Assembly (NCBI GenBank): GCA_039975755.1
Contig: JBDWGM010000004.1
Coordinates: forward strand, 19,444 to 83,443
Source: Paracoccaceae bacterium
GTDB taxonomy: Bacteria; Pseudomonadota; Alphaproteobacteria; Rhodobacterales; Rhodobacteraceae
Direction of reading: 5' to 3'
DNA length: 64,000 nt
Position numbers and translations under genes: made by a program. The notes below the pieces were generated by a model. It saw nothing but the letters and a program-made list of their open reading frames with translations. It made no database searches and was not told the origin of the DNA. Each line of letters opens with the position of its first letter. Position 1 is the stretch's first letter. Positions 29,794 through 38,749 of the stretch are shown here, piece by piece.

Positions 29794-29873
29794 GGAGACG
29801 CGCAAGAGTACCCCTGACGGATCGTCAGAGCGTCTCCCCTATCTGGCTATCTTCAGTCATCACGCGCCTCCTT
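29794..29873 (-). promoter_or_regulatory. Candidate leader: 11-codon uORF with a strong SD, overlapping nested hairpins, upstream of the EF-G paralog
   Basis: Minus strand: AAGGAGG-N6-ATG ACT GAA GAT AGC CAG ATA GGG GAG ACG CTC TGA (29860..29825). The outer stem is GGAGACGC (29837-29830) / GCGTCTCC (29801-29794) and the inner stem is CTGACG/CGTCAG (29828-29814). Confidence 0.35.
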
Positions 29874-30128
29874 TTGGCTGATCGACGGGTTAATGCAAGT
29901 CGGCGATTCGTGTCAACTGAAAGGCTGCCTAGTGTGTATTGAGTCGTAGTTCGGATTTCGCCCTGTCGAACCGAAATTCGGAATTTGTGCAAAGTACGAC
30001 ACCAATCACATCCAGCCCCTTCGCGCAGTGTGCAGCGTCATACGCCAGCAATGGCCAGGTCCCAGGATAAGCCCTTTTTTGGATCCGTTCGCATGTGCTG
30101 CCCGTCCACGTGGTCCAATTGCGCGTCA

Positions 30129-30959
30129 CTACTGCGCTTCATTCAAAGACCAATCATATTGATATCGATCGATGCGCCCCCGTGCCTGCAATGCGGCGGC
30201 TTTGGGCTCAGGGGACTTGCTGATCAAACGTTCAAGGACCTCACTTTGGTTGGCCCCGAAGTCTTCACGAAACCAGATGTAAATTTTGGACGCAGTCACA
30301 CGCCCGTCTTCGTCGATGCTGATCCCACGATCATCCGCCAGATAGGAAAGTTCCGCTGCCTCTAGCGCAGCATCAAGCCCCGCGCCACGCCACGCTTGTG
30401 GCGCGAGATTGGGGCAAGACGCAGCGGCGCAATTCAAGGCGTAGTGAATACGTGGCTCGTTGAAGGTCGGGCGTATGATGCGGTGTTCAATATCGTTCAG
30501 ACTAAGCGCCGTGCCATTGACCATAACGTCTTTGCGGTTCCAAGGGCCGATGCTGAGCGGTCCATCTTTGATCTCTCGGATACTGCCGACGGGATAAGCA
30601 TCTAAGACAACGCGAATGGTTTGCGCATTATACAGGTTGATCCAATACGCCAGTTGATCATTACGCTCCAAGTTGCCCGGATTTACCTGTTGCAGTTGAT
30701 CGACGAAGCTTGCCAGATTGGCTCGATCCGTCGCGCCGACCGCTTTGTAATCCATGCGCGCGATACCACTTGCGTCTTTGGACCAATACTTGGTCAAAAA
30801 CTGATCATAGGTCGCGTAATTCACCTGTTCCGTTTGCACTGGAGTTTGGAAGGCGAAATTTTCGGACAGCAAGGTCGGTTTTGGCAAGGCGAGACGTTCA
30901 ACGGATGCACATGCACTGAGGCTGATGGCAAGTGAAGCAACTACTAGGGTTCGCAGCAT
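30129..30959 (-). CDS. DUF547 domain lipoprotein
   Basis: Lipobox LSLSAC after MLRTLVVASLAI. YWINLYNAQTI and HYALNCAA(A)SCP blocks are typical of DUF547. Start trimmed to 30959. Confidence 0.75.
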   Translation of the reverse strand: MLRTLVVASLAISLSACASVERLALPKPTLLSENFAFQTPVQTEQVNYATYDQFLTKYWSKDASGIARMDYKAVGATDRANLASFVDQLQQVNPGNLERNDQLAYWINLYNAQTIRVVLDAYPVGSIREIKDGPLSIGPWNRKDVMVNGTALSLNDIEHRIIRPTFNEPRIHYALNCAAASCPNLAPQAWRGAGLDAALEAAELSYLADDRGISIDEDGRVTASKIYIWFREDFGANQSEVLERLISKSPEPKAAALQARGRIDRYQYDWSLNEAQ

Positions 30960-31244
30960 TGTCGATCTTCCCTTATTTTGTTCAGATCGAGTGTTTTCAG
31001 TACAGACCCTTAAGGACAAGCCACCTCTCGCAGATGTGCACCTTCGTCAGGTAAGCCAACACGTGCTGCGCGGCTGCAAATGTCCGGAAAGCGGTGATTG
31101 AAAATTGCGCCTCAACTGGGCGCAGTGCCCGTGTAAGGGCCAACAGACCAGCATTGCCGTTGGCCCTCGATATTCAGGGGTTTCTAGGCTGGGGCCGAAG
31201 CGAAAAGTCTGTGATCAATTCCAGCAAGATTGAAACGAGCTAAA

Positions 31245-31793
31245 TCAGCCCCGGACAATCCACTGTTTGAAATTCGGCTCCAAGGTGTCACAGGATGCGA
31301 GGATCAGATCGCAGGATTGGAACGGACCTGCCTCGTCAATGACCGAAGAGACAGTCAGACACTGCGATGGATCTGTGCCGAGGCGCATTTCCATTGTTTC
31401 AGCATCATAGGCGAATTTCTGATTTGATGTGGAGGCGTCGCATGCGATCAAACCGAATGGATTAACCTCGTTCTCCGGCGCGTTATGAGCCATGCATTTG
31501 TTCTCATAGGTTACCGAAGAAATCATGCCGGTGTCCTCTCCATAGGAAAACAAGACATCATTGCCACTTGGTTTGCACGAGTGGGCATGAAGCAAATCAG
31601 TCAAATCGCGGCCATCAGTGTCGATGCACCATCCTAGCTTTGCTTCTTCCTGAAGGTTGTCGGCGAGGTGAATGATTGCGCCTTGGGTTTTGATGCTCGG
31701 CGCTTCTGCAAATGCAGGCAGCGTGATGCCAAGGCCCAAAGTTGCGGCAATCATTGTGGGGGTGATGGAAGAGATGTTTCTCATTTTAGTCAT
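31245..31793 (-). CDS. Secreted cysteine-rich protein, possibly a ricin-B/beta-trefoil-like lectin fold
   Basis: Signal peptide ...GITLPAFAEA, eight Cys, and patterns such as WCIDTDG, NQKFAYD, QCLTV and KQW reminiscent of QxW repeats. The function is unknown. Confidence 0.45.
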   Translation of the reverse strand: MTKMRNISSITPTMIAATLGLGITLPAFAEAPSIKTQGAIIHLADNLQEEAKLGWCIDTDGRDLTDLLHAHSCKPSGNDVLFSYGEDTGMISSVTYENKCMAHNAPENEVNPFGLIACDASTSNQKFAYDAETMEMRLGTDPSQCLTVSSVIDEAGPFQSCDLILASCDTLEPNFKQWIVRG

Positions 31794-31795
31794 CC

Positions 31796-32515
31796 TTAGA
31801 ACTGCTGTTGAAATTCACGAATTCGGGCTGCGTTGACACCACGGTCACTGCGGCCAACGCGGGACACGCTGCGCATATCCACACGGCTTCCGCTGTCTTG
31901 TTCGCTCACGACAACCGCAACATCGTCTGCAAAGTAAAAGACGGATGTGCGAGTCGTTGCTTCGAAACGACGGGCTTCGGCGTCCGAAGCGACAATTTCC
32001 CATCCCGTATCATTGGCAAGCTCTAACGCACGGGCAAATGCCGCATCAGCGGAAAGGTCGGTTTCTAGCGGTGCGATATCTGGGTACGTAGCGGCTTGGG
32101 TTTGGGCCACCTCTTCACCGGCATAGACAAGCGACGTCCGCGCACCTTCGCGAGTGTCATCCAAAACCAAGAATTCTGGCGGATTGGTTGTGTCAGTCGT
32201 GATGTCATTGATCGGGGCACCGCGCACAGGTGGGTTAAGCCTAGATGAAATCATCGGACCCAAACTGATCACGCCAACAACTGTGACCACTCCGCCCAGC
32301 ACTGCGCCTGCCTTTTCCTTGCGAACAAGATGGGCAATCAGGGCAAGCAGCCCGACGCCTGTGACAATCATGGCAATCAGATTGAAGTAACCGCGGTACA
32401 GGCCAAGGCCGGTAATCGGCTCCCAAACGCCCAATCGCGCCCCGAACAAAAACAACAATGTGGCCAGCGCACCTATGATGGCAACCAGCAGTGCGATCTT
32501 TCCTGCATGCTTCAT
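31796..32515 (-). CDS. DUF1499 domain membrane-anchored protein
   Basis: Three N-terminal TM helices, then a C-terminal block ...RVDMRSVSRVGRSDRGVNAARIREF typical of DUF1499. Its stop lies 2 nt from the next start. Confidence 0.65.
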   Translation of the reverse strand: MKHAGKIALLVAIIGALATLLFLFGARLGVWEPITGLGLYRGYFNLIAMIVTGVGLLALIAHLVRKEKAGAVLGGVVTVVGVISLGPMISSRLNPPVRGAPINDITTDTTNPPEFLVLDDTREGARTSLVYAGEEVAQTQAATYPDIAPLETDLSADAAFARALELANDTGWEIVASDAEARRFEATTRTSVFYFADDVAVVVSEQDSGSRVDMRSVSRVGRSDRGVNAARIREFQQQF

Positions 32516-32534
32516 TTTCTCTCCAATCCCTGTC

Positions 32535-32582
32535 TTGCATATTGCTTATTTGCTCGGTATGCAAATATTGCACACTATGCAA
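32535..32582. promoter_or_regulatory. Candidate TetR operator region (TTGCATA / TATGCAA inverted motifs)
   Basis: TTGCATA (32535-41) is inverted relative to TATGCAA (32558-64 and 32576-82), and TGCAA-ATA-TTGCA forms a palindrome at 32560-32572. The region sits in the divergent DUF1499/tetR intergenic space. Confidence 0.35.
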
Positions 32583-32593
32583 GGTTTAATTGA

Positions 32594-33184
32594 ATGGCAC
32601 TTCCATTACGGCAAAAACGGCGACAAGAAACGGCGTTTCAAATTCAACGCGCAACGTTGGATTTGGCCATGCAAAAGAGCCTTGAAAGCACGACCACCGA
32701 AGAAATTGCCATTATCTCGGGTGTCAGCACACGGACGTTTTTCAATTATTACCCCAACAAAGAGGCTGCAGCCGTAGGGCATCCGCCGAAATTCCGCGAA
32801 GAAGACAAAGACGCTTTGCGAAACGGAACAGGCCCGATAGCAGTGGACTTGAAAAGGATGTTGGATCGCCACGTGGCAACGTTGTCGGAACAAGAAGACA
32901 TACTTCGAATGGTCGGGACTATACTGCGTTCAAACGAGAAAGCGCGCGGAATCCTTGAAGGCCTTCTCGCGGCTGAACGTCAAGAAATTGCCGACGCCTT
33001 GTGCAGCCGAGTGAGCAACCGACAAACCGCTGCGGCCCTCGCCAACGCTGTCACATCAGCAATCGGCGGCGCAATTTTCCTTTGGGAAAATGACAAAGGT
33101 TTAACACTTGGCGAAGCGTCGGAAAAAATTTGGGAGGGTTTGATAGATGCATCGCAACTTCTTCTGCCGCCGAACGACACCTAG
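32594..33184 (+). CDS. TetR/AcrR family transcriptional regulator
   Basis: N-terminal HTH (TTTEEIAIISGVSTRTFFNYYPNKE). 196 aa. It lies upstream of the efflux genes. Confidence 0.85.
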   Translation: MALPLRQKRRQETAFQIQRATLDLAMQKSLESTTTEEIAIISGVSTRTFFNYYPNKEAAAVGHPPKFREEDKDALRNGTGPIAVDLKRMLDRHVATLSEQEDILRMVGTILRSNEKARGILEGLLAAERQEIADALCSRVSNRQTAAALANAVTSAIGGAIFLWENDKGLTLGEASEKIWEGLIDASQLLLPPNDT

Positions 33185-33380
33185 CGTCAAAAGAAAGCCT
33201 CACAGCTTATCTTTCCCGAAGCGTCAATTGGGTGCCCTCAGAAATGCAGACACACCTCAAAATGAAGAATAGTTGGACCAGACCCAACGGATCGGACGCC
33301 GTGCACCGTATAACCAATCGAAATCAGATTTCCAAAAATTGCCGTTCTTGCACAAGCAAGGGCTATCGAAAGGCTCAATC

Positions 33381-34555
33381 ATGAAAAAGATCCTCTACGT
33401 TATAGCGTCCTTCGCTATCCTTGCAGGCGCCTATGTCTGGTCGTTTGAGGTTCCAGCCGCGATCCTGCCCCCAACAACCGAAACCGCTCAGGGGACTGGT
33501 GGTCCCAGCGGCCCGGGCGGTCCCCCGGAGGACCAGGCGGCCCTGGTGGTCCCGGGGGCCCCGGTGGTCGCCCCGGTGGTGGTGCGACGACCGTTGTTTT
33601 GACGCAGCTTGAAAAGCAGCCATTTGAGAGTGTGTACCGAGCGATTGGCGGTTCTGAAGCCGTCAACAGCGCCAACGTGACCTCTGACGTGTCCGACAGA
33701 ATTGTGGAAATTAATCTGCCCCCAAACGCACAGGTGTCTCAAGGTGATATCTTGGTGCAACTGGATGCGCGGGCCGCAACGCTTTCTCTTGAGACGGCAC
33801 AAATCGAGTTAGAACAAGCCTCGGACACAGTCGCCCGCTATGAGCTTTTGCGACAAACTGGCAATTCCACTGTTTCGGATGTGACAATATCTGAGGCACG
33901 GCTGGCACAGCGCCTCGCAGAAGCGAACGTCGCGCAGGCTGAGCTTTCGTTGGAAGACCTCACAATTCGAGCACCTATTTCGGGTCGGCTTGGGCTTAGC
34001 GAGGTCAGCGTCGGTGACTTCATCAGCGCGAATAGTGAGATTGTCACAATCGACAATGCCAGCGCATTGCTGGTCGAGTTCGAACTGCCCGAACGGTCCG
34101 TCGGGCTCCTGTCCGTTGGGCGCGAAGTCGCATTGGAAACCCCTTCTTTGACGGGCCGGTTTTTCGAAGGTGAGATCACCTCTTTTGACAGCCGGATTGA
34201 TGCGGTCACACGGGCTGTGACGGTCAAGGCGCGTGTCGAAAACCCGGACGAAACACTCTGGTCGGGCATGACATTTACTGCGCGCCTCACCAACCTCAGC
34301 GATCCTCTTTTGGTGGTACCAACGACTGCCATCACGTGGTCCCGCGACGGTGCCAGCATTTGGTTCGAGAAAGAAGGCAAAGCACAAAGTACCCCGGCCA
34401 CGATCCTGTTTCGGCGTGATGAACTTGTCTGGCTGGATGTTGAATTGCCGGTCGGCACCATGGTCATCACCGAAGGCGCACACAAACTGCGCCCAGGCTC
34501 CGCGATCACCGATGCCAACGCTGACACTCAACGTTCAGATAAGGAACCGACATGA
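33381..34555 (+). pseudogene. RND efflux periplasmic adaptor (MFP/HlyD-type), reading frame broken in the Gly-Pro linker
   Basis: The frame of 33381 gives the signal-anchor MKKILYVIASFAILAGAYVW...GGPSGPGGPP and stops at 33600. The adaptor body (GGPGGPGGPGGPGGRPGGGATTVVLTQLEKQPFE..., ORF 33599..34555) is in the -1 frame. That frame is open only from 33449 and has no start before the TTG at 33599. Confidence 0.6.
33498..33586 (+). repeat. GC-rich GGN-GGN-CCN (Gly-Gly-Pro) tandem tract inside the adaptor gene
   Basis: Repeated ggtggtccc / ggcggccct / ggtggtccc / gggggcccc / ggtggtcgcccc units. A C5 run lies at 33522-33526. Confidence 0.7.
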
Positions 34556-37500
34556 GCACGCCAACGACCCAACGCGCGGCCTCAGGTTTGGCCGATCTGT
34601 TTGTCGCACGACCCATTTTCGGATTTGTCGTCAATCTCTTGATCCTGATTGCCGGTCTGGCAGCGTTGTCTTCTGTAGACGTGCGTGAAATGCCGGACAT
34701 TGATCAGCCAGTTCTTTCGGTGCGCACGACTTACGAAGGCGCAACGCCAACAACCGTCGATCAGGAAATCACACAAGTTCTGGAAGATGCGCTGAGCGCA
34801 TTGGAAGGCCTGTCTTACATAGAATCAAGTTCGACCACTGGGACAAGCAGCATCACCATCGATCTGTCAGAAGACACAGACATTGACGTGGCCGCAAACG
34901 AAGCCCGCGAGATCGTGTCCGCAACCGTGCGCGACCTTCCCAGCGATCTGGAAAATGATCCAACAGTTTCAAAATCGGACAGCAATGCCGACGCGATCAT
35001 CCGATTGGCCGTTATGGGGGATGCCAAGCTGGCGGAGCTGACCGCCTTGGCAGAGGGGGTCATCTATAACAGGCTGTCTTTGATTGATGGGATCGCCGAA
35101 GTCACAACGCGAGGGGATCGATCAAATGAGTTTCGTGTAACTCTCGATGATCGCCTCTTGCTCAGCCGTGGCTTAACGATTTTTGACGTGACCGCTGCGC
35201 TTACAGATCTGCGCGACGACACGCCTTTGGGCGCGCTTGAAACAAATGCGCAAACGATTGCCCTGCAGGTTGGAAATGACGACGTCACCGTTGAGAGTAT
35301 CGGTCAGATTCTCATCGGGTCGGACACGCGGATCTCTGATGTGGCCTTGGTTCAACTGCTTCCCGAAGATGTAGACGTGGCAACCCGCGTCAATGGACAA
35401 ACGGCCATCGGGCTGGACATCACCCGCCAATCTGAGGGGAACACGCTTGAGATTTCGCAAGCCGTTGGCGTGGCGGTTGAAGAACTTCGCAAAGACCTCC
35501 CCGAGGGCGTTGACCTTATCGTCTCATCAGATGACGGCATATTCATCGAAGGCGCGTTGACCGAAGTTGTGAAATCCATCGGATTGGCGACAGGGATCGT
35601 GATCCTCGTGATTTTTGCGTTCTTGCGGTCGTTCCGCGCGACCCTCATTCCTGCCGTTACTATCCCGGTTGCACTGGTTGGAACCGTTGCAGTGATTTGG
35701 CTGACAGGCTTTTCAATCAACACGATCAGCCTTTTGGCGCTGGTTTTGGCGACAGGTATGGTTGTTGATGACTCCATTGTTGTTGTCGAAAACATTGTGC
35801 GCAAGCGCAATAACGGAATGGGCGCTTTCGCGGCGGCGGCTTCGGGCACCAACGAAGTTTTCTTTGCGGTCATATCGACCACAGCAACGCTTGCCGCTGT
35901 CTTCATTCCGATCTCGTTTTTACCGGGACAAGCCGGAGGCGTGTTCAGCGAATTCGGATTTGTTCTGGCATTTGCCATGACATTGTCGTCGATGGCAGCG
36001 CTGACCTTGGCGCCCGTTTTGGCCGCACTTCTTGATCCAGGAAAGCCGTCAGAAACCCGACAAAGCGAACCTAAGGCGCCCGGCCGTCTGTCGCGCGGTT
36101 TCGATTGGATAATGGACTGCGCCATTCGCATGCCTTTGCTTGTACTGGCGATTGCGATCGGCTTCGCGATGATTGCCTTGGGTGCGGCAAGCCAGTTGGC
36201 GTCAACAATCACGCCGACCGAAGACCGTGGCGTATTCTTGGTTCAAGCGCGCGGCGCATCCGATACCACTTCTGAATATCTCGACTCGCAAGTTGCACAG
36301 ATCGAAGAAATCCTCGTTCCGTATCAAGAATGCGGACAGGTAAGTTCGGTCCAAAGCATCATCGGCATCGGTGGAGGCACAAACGCATTCATCGTGGTAC
36401 GCCTGCCGGATTGGACAGAGCGTGATTGGTCACAACAGTCGCTTATGGGCCCAATCAACGGCAAACTTTCGGCCATACCCGGGGTTCGCGTGTTTGCGAT
36501 CTCACCCAACAGCCTCAACATTCGCGGGGGCGGCAACGGGCTGACCTTTGCGGTGAACGGTACGAATGTCGACGGCATGACCGATGCGGCAAGTGACCTC
36601 GTGGGCGCGATGTCTCAGGACGCCAGTTTTTCAAACCCACAGGTCTCTGGAGACAGTGCGCGGGCGCAGTATGAAATCACTGTGAATCAAGAAATGGCGG
36701 GACTCTTTGGCCTTAGCGAGGCGGATATCACCAGTACGATCAGTGCACTCACGCAGGGCACCGTCGCTGTAAGCGTGTTCATAGATGACACTGAAACTGA
36801 CGTAAACGTCGTACCGGGTGGGCCACCCATCAATGATCCCAGTGACCTTGAAGGTATCCAGCTCCGCTTGCCAAGTGGCGAATACATCCCATTGTCGTCT
36901 ACGGCGACTTTGACGCCAGTGGTCAGCCAATCTTCTATTGAACGTCAGGGCGGCACCTTGGCCGTGTCCGTTCAAGCAAACCTGCCAGACGGTGTGGAAC
37001 TCGGTGATGCAATCGCCCGTGTTGAAGAGCTTGCAACTGAACATTTGCCCGAAGGCATGGGGATTATCTTTACAGGTGAGGCCGCGTCTCTCGGAGAAAG
37101 CCAAGGTGGCGTGTACACAGTGTTTGGCATTGCCGCGATCGTCGTGTTCCTTGTTCTGGCCGCCCAGTTTGAAAGTGTCGCAAGCGCAATCGTCATCATG
37201 TTGACTGTTCCGTTTGGCCTTGCTGCAGCGCTTCTTGCGATCTCGATCACAGGTGGTTCTCTGAACTATTACAGCCAGATTGGATTGGTTCTGTTGATCG
37301 GGGTTATGGCAAAGAACGGCATCCTCATTGTTGAATTTGCCAATCAACTTCGTGAGGCTGGGCAAGATATCGACAGCGCCATTCGCGACGCGTTGCGGTT
37401 GCGTATCCGCCCCGTGATCATGACGATGGTGTCGACGGTATTTGGCGGCCTTCCCCTTATCTTGTCGACTGGCGCTGGCGCCGAAGCGCGTATTGCCGTG

Positions 37501-37662
37501 GGTTGGGTCATCGTTGGCGGGCTTGGTTTTGCAACGGTTTTCACCTTGTTCCTAACGCCAGTGTTCTACCGCTGGATCGCCAACTGGGGTGCGGAACCGG
37601 GGACGTCTGCTCGTCGGTTGCAGCACGAGAAACATCCTGAACAACTCACTTTTTCGAACTAA
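34552..37662 (+). CDS. RND family efflux transporter permease (AcrB/AcrD/AcrF type)
   Basis: 1036 aa with 12 TM helices and two large periplasmic loops. The N-terminus FVARPIFGFVVNLLILIAG is typical. There is a 4-nt overlap with the adaptor ORF. Confidence 0.9.
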   Translation: MSTPTTQRAASGLADLFVARPIFGFVVNLLILIAGLAALSSVDVREMPDIDQPVLSVRTTYEGATPTTVDQEITQVLEDALSALEGLSYIESSSTTGTSSITIDLSEDTDIDVAANEAREIVSATVRDLPSDLENDPTVSKSDSNADAIIRLAVMGDAKLAELTALAEGVIYNRLSLIDGIAEVTTRGDRSNEFRVTLDDRLLLSRGLTIFDVTAALTDLRDDTPLGALETNAQTIALQVGNDDVTVESIGQILIGSDTRISDVALVQLLPEDVDVATRVNGQTAIGLDITRQSEGNTLEISQAVGVAVEELRKDLPEGVDLIVSSDDGIFIEGALTEVVKSIGLATGIVILVIFAFLRSFRATLIPAVTIPVALVGTVAVIWLTGFSINTISLLALVLATGMVVDDSIVVVENIVRKRNNGMGAFAAAASGTNEVFFAVISTTATLAAVFIPISFLPGQAGGVFSEFGFVLAFAMTLSSMAALTLAPVLAALLDPGKPSETRQSEPKAPGRLSRGFDWIMDCAIRMPLLVLAIAIGFAMIALGAASQLASTITPTEDRGVFLVQARGASDTTSEYLDSQVAQIEEILVPYQECGQVSSVQSIIGIGGGTNAFIVVRLPDWTERDWSQQSLMGPINGKLSAIPGVRVFAISPNSLNIRGGGNGLTFAVNGTNVDGMTDAASDLVGAMSQDASFSNPQVSGDSARAQYEITVNQEMAGLFGLSEADITSTISALTQGTVAVSVFIDDTETDVNVVPGGPPINDPSDLEGIQLRLPSGEYIPLSSTATLTPVVSQSSIERQGGTLAVSVQANLPDGVELGDAIARVEELATEHLPEGMGIIFTGEAASLGESQGGVYTVFGIAAIVVFLVLAAQFESVASAIVIMLTVPFGLAAALLAISITGGSLNYYSQIGLVLLIGVMAKNGILIVEFANQLREAGQDIDSAIRDALRLRIRPVIMTMVSTVFGGLPLILSTGAGAEARIAVGWVIVGGLGFATVFTLFLTPVFYRWIANWGAEPGTSARRLQHEKHPEQLTFSN

Positions 37663-37678
37663 AGGAGGTATCAAAACG

Positions 37679-38608
37679 ATGTTCCTAATCACAAGCAAAC
37701 CCGTTGCTGTATCCGCAGCTGCCTTCATTGTCACAGCGGCAGCTCCAGCTCACGCTCATGATATCACGGATGTTTTCTTGACTGATCGGTCCGCGACCTG
37801 TGCGGATTACGCGGCTGAACACACCGCCTCGGCAACGGATATTTTCACCAAAGAAGACCACAACGCCGAAGTTTTGATCACGACCGACGGAGCAACATGT
37901 ACAATCGCGTCCAACGCTGTCCCGAACCACGACTTTAATGCAGCAGAGGGCTTCTTCCACGGCTTTGCCCCACAAAATCAAACCTACAGCATTTCAGCGA
38001 ACCCTGTGGCGACCGAAACCCCTACTCCGCTCACGCTAGGCATCGATAACGCGGTGTTTTTGAACGGTGTTAAGCTCGATCTGGTCGCGGCAGGTTGCTA
38101 TGGCGTTTCCAACGGTTTGTTTGGGTGTTTCGATATGACGACACCCTATCGTTATGACCCAATGGGCGCGGGAAGCAGCCAATTTGGTGCCGATAAGCAT
38201 AACGCGCATACTCAACCCGACGGTCTGTATCATTACCACGGTAACCCCGTTGCTCTTTTTGAGCAGGACAACCCAACTGAAGCATCGCCTGTTATTGGCT
38301 TTGCCGCAGACGGTTTCCCAATCTTTGGCAGCTTTATCAATGACAACGGCACCATCCGCGCCGCGACCACAAGCTATCAATTGAAATCCGGCACTCGTCC
38401 GGATGGCGACGAGGGACCCGGTGGTGCCTATGACGGAACCTTTATTGATGATTGGGAATTCGTAGAAGGACTTGGCGATCTCGATCAATGCAACGGCATG
38501 TACCAAGATGGTGTCTATGGCTATGTCGTCACCGCGACCTATCCACATGTGATGGGGTGCTTTACAGGAACGCCTCACCCGTCCTTTACGAAACCACGTC
38601 CAGAATAG
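37679..38608 (+). CDS. Secreted YHYH-motif protein
   Basis: Signal peptide MFLITSKPVAVSAAAFIVTAAAPAHA, the DGLYHYHGNP motif and a later GYVVTATYPHVMGCF block. AAAGGAGG lies 8 nt upstream of the ATG, which is 16 nt after the RND stop. Confidence 0.7.
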   Translation: MFLITSKPVAVSAAAFIVTAAAPAHAHDITDVFLTDRSATCADYAAEHTASATDIFTKEDHNAEVLITTDGATCTIASNAVPNHDFNAAEGFFHGFAPQNQTYSISANPVATETPTPLTLGIDNAVFLNGVKLDLVAAGCYGVSNGLFGCFDMTTPYRYDPMGAGSSQFGADKHNAHTQPDGLYHYHGNPVALFEQDNPTEASPVIGFAADGFPIFGSFINDNGTIRAATTSYQLKSGTRPDGDEGPGGAYDGTFIDDWEFVEGLGDLDQCNGMYQDGVYGYVVTATYPHVMGCFTGTPHPSFTKPRPE

Positions 38609-38661
38609 GTTTTGTTGCCACCAATCCTCATTTGGGAAAGGTGGCATAAACCCAACATCAA

Positions 38662-38688
38662 AAGCTTCGGTGTGTTTTTTCGAAGCTT
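38662..38688. terminator. Hairpin between convergent genes (YHYH / BKACE operon)
   Basis: AAGCTTCG / CGAAGCTT 8-bp stem. A T-run sits in the loop on the plus strand, and TTGATGTT follows the stem on the minus strand. Confidence 0.4.
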
Positions 38689-38749
38689 CTGTGCGAGTGC
38701 TGGTTTCTCTTAAAATTCGACAGGGAACTCCGCGGTAGGACGCGTTGTC

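Noticed and set aside
29929-30129. 66-codon minus-strand ORF whose GTG overlaps the DUF547 stop (TAGTG), suggesting a coupled small gene
   Set aside because: Third-position GC is high only in the first half. There is no recognisable motif or SD, and it overlaps a 126-aa plus-strand ORF of equally doubtful quality. The evidence is insufficient, so it is left unannotated.
33415-33675. Minus-strand ORF encoding a collagen-like PPGPPGPPGPPG run
   Set aside because: It is the antisense (and off-frame) reading of the Gly-Gly-Pro linker repeat of the RND adaptor gene. GC-rich repeats stay open in several frames, and there is no independent start or RBS context.
33809-34531. Two overlapping ~230-240-aa minus-strand ORFs opposite the adaptor gene
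   Set aside because: These are shadow ORFs of a high-GC gene. The plus-strand product has the clear HlyD/MFP pattern.
35352-37365. Long minus-strand ORFs (286 aa and 244 aa) inside the RND permease gene
   Set aside because: The plus-strand frame gives an unmistakable full-length AcrB-type protein. The antisense ORFs are Ala/Ser/Arg-rich with no motifs, which is typical of high-GC shadow ORFs.
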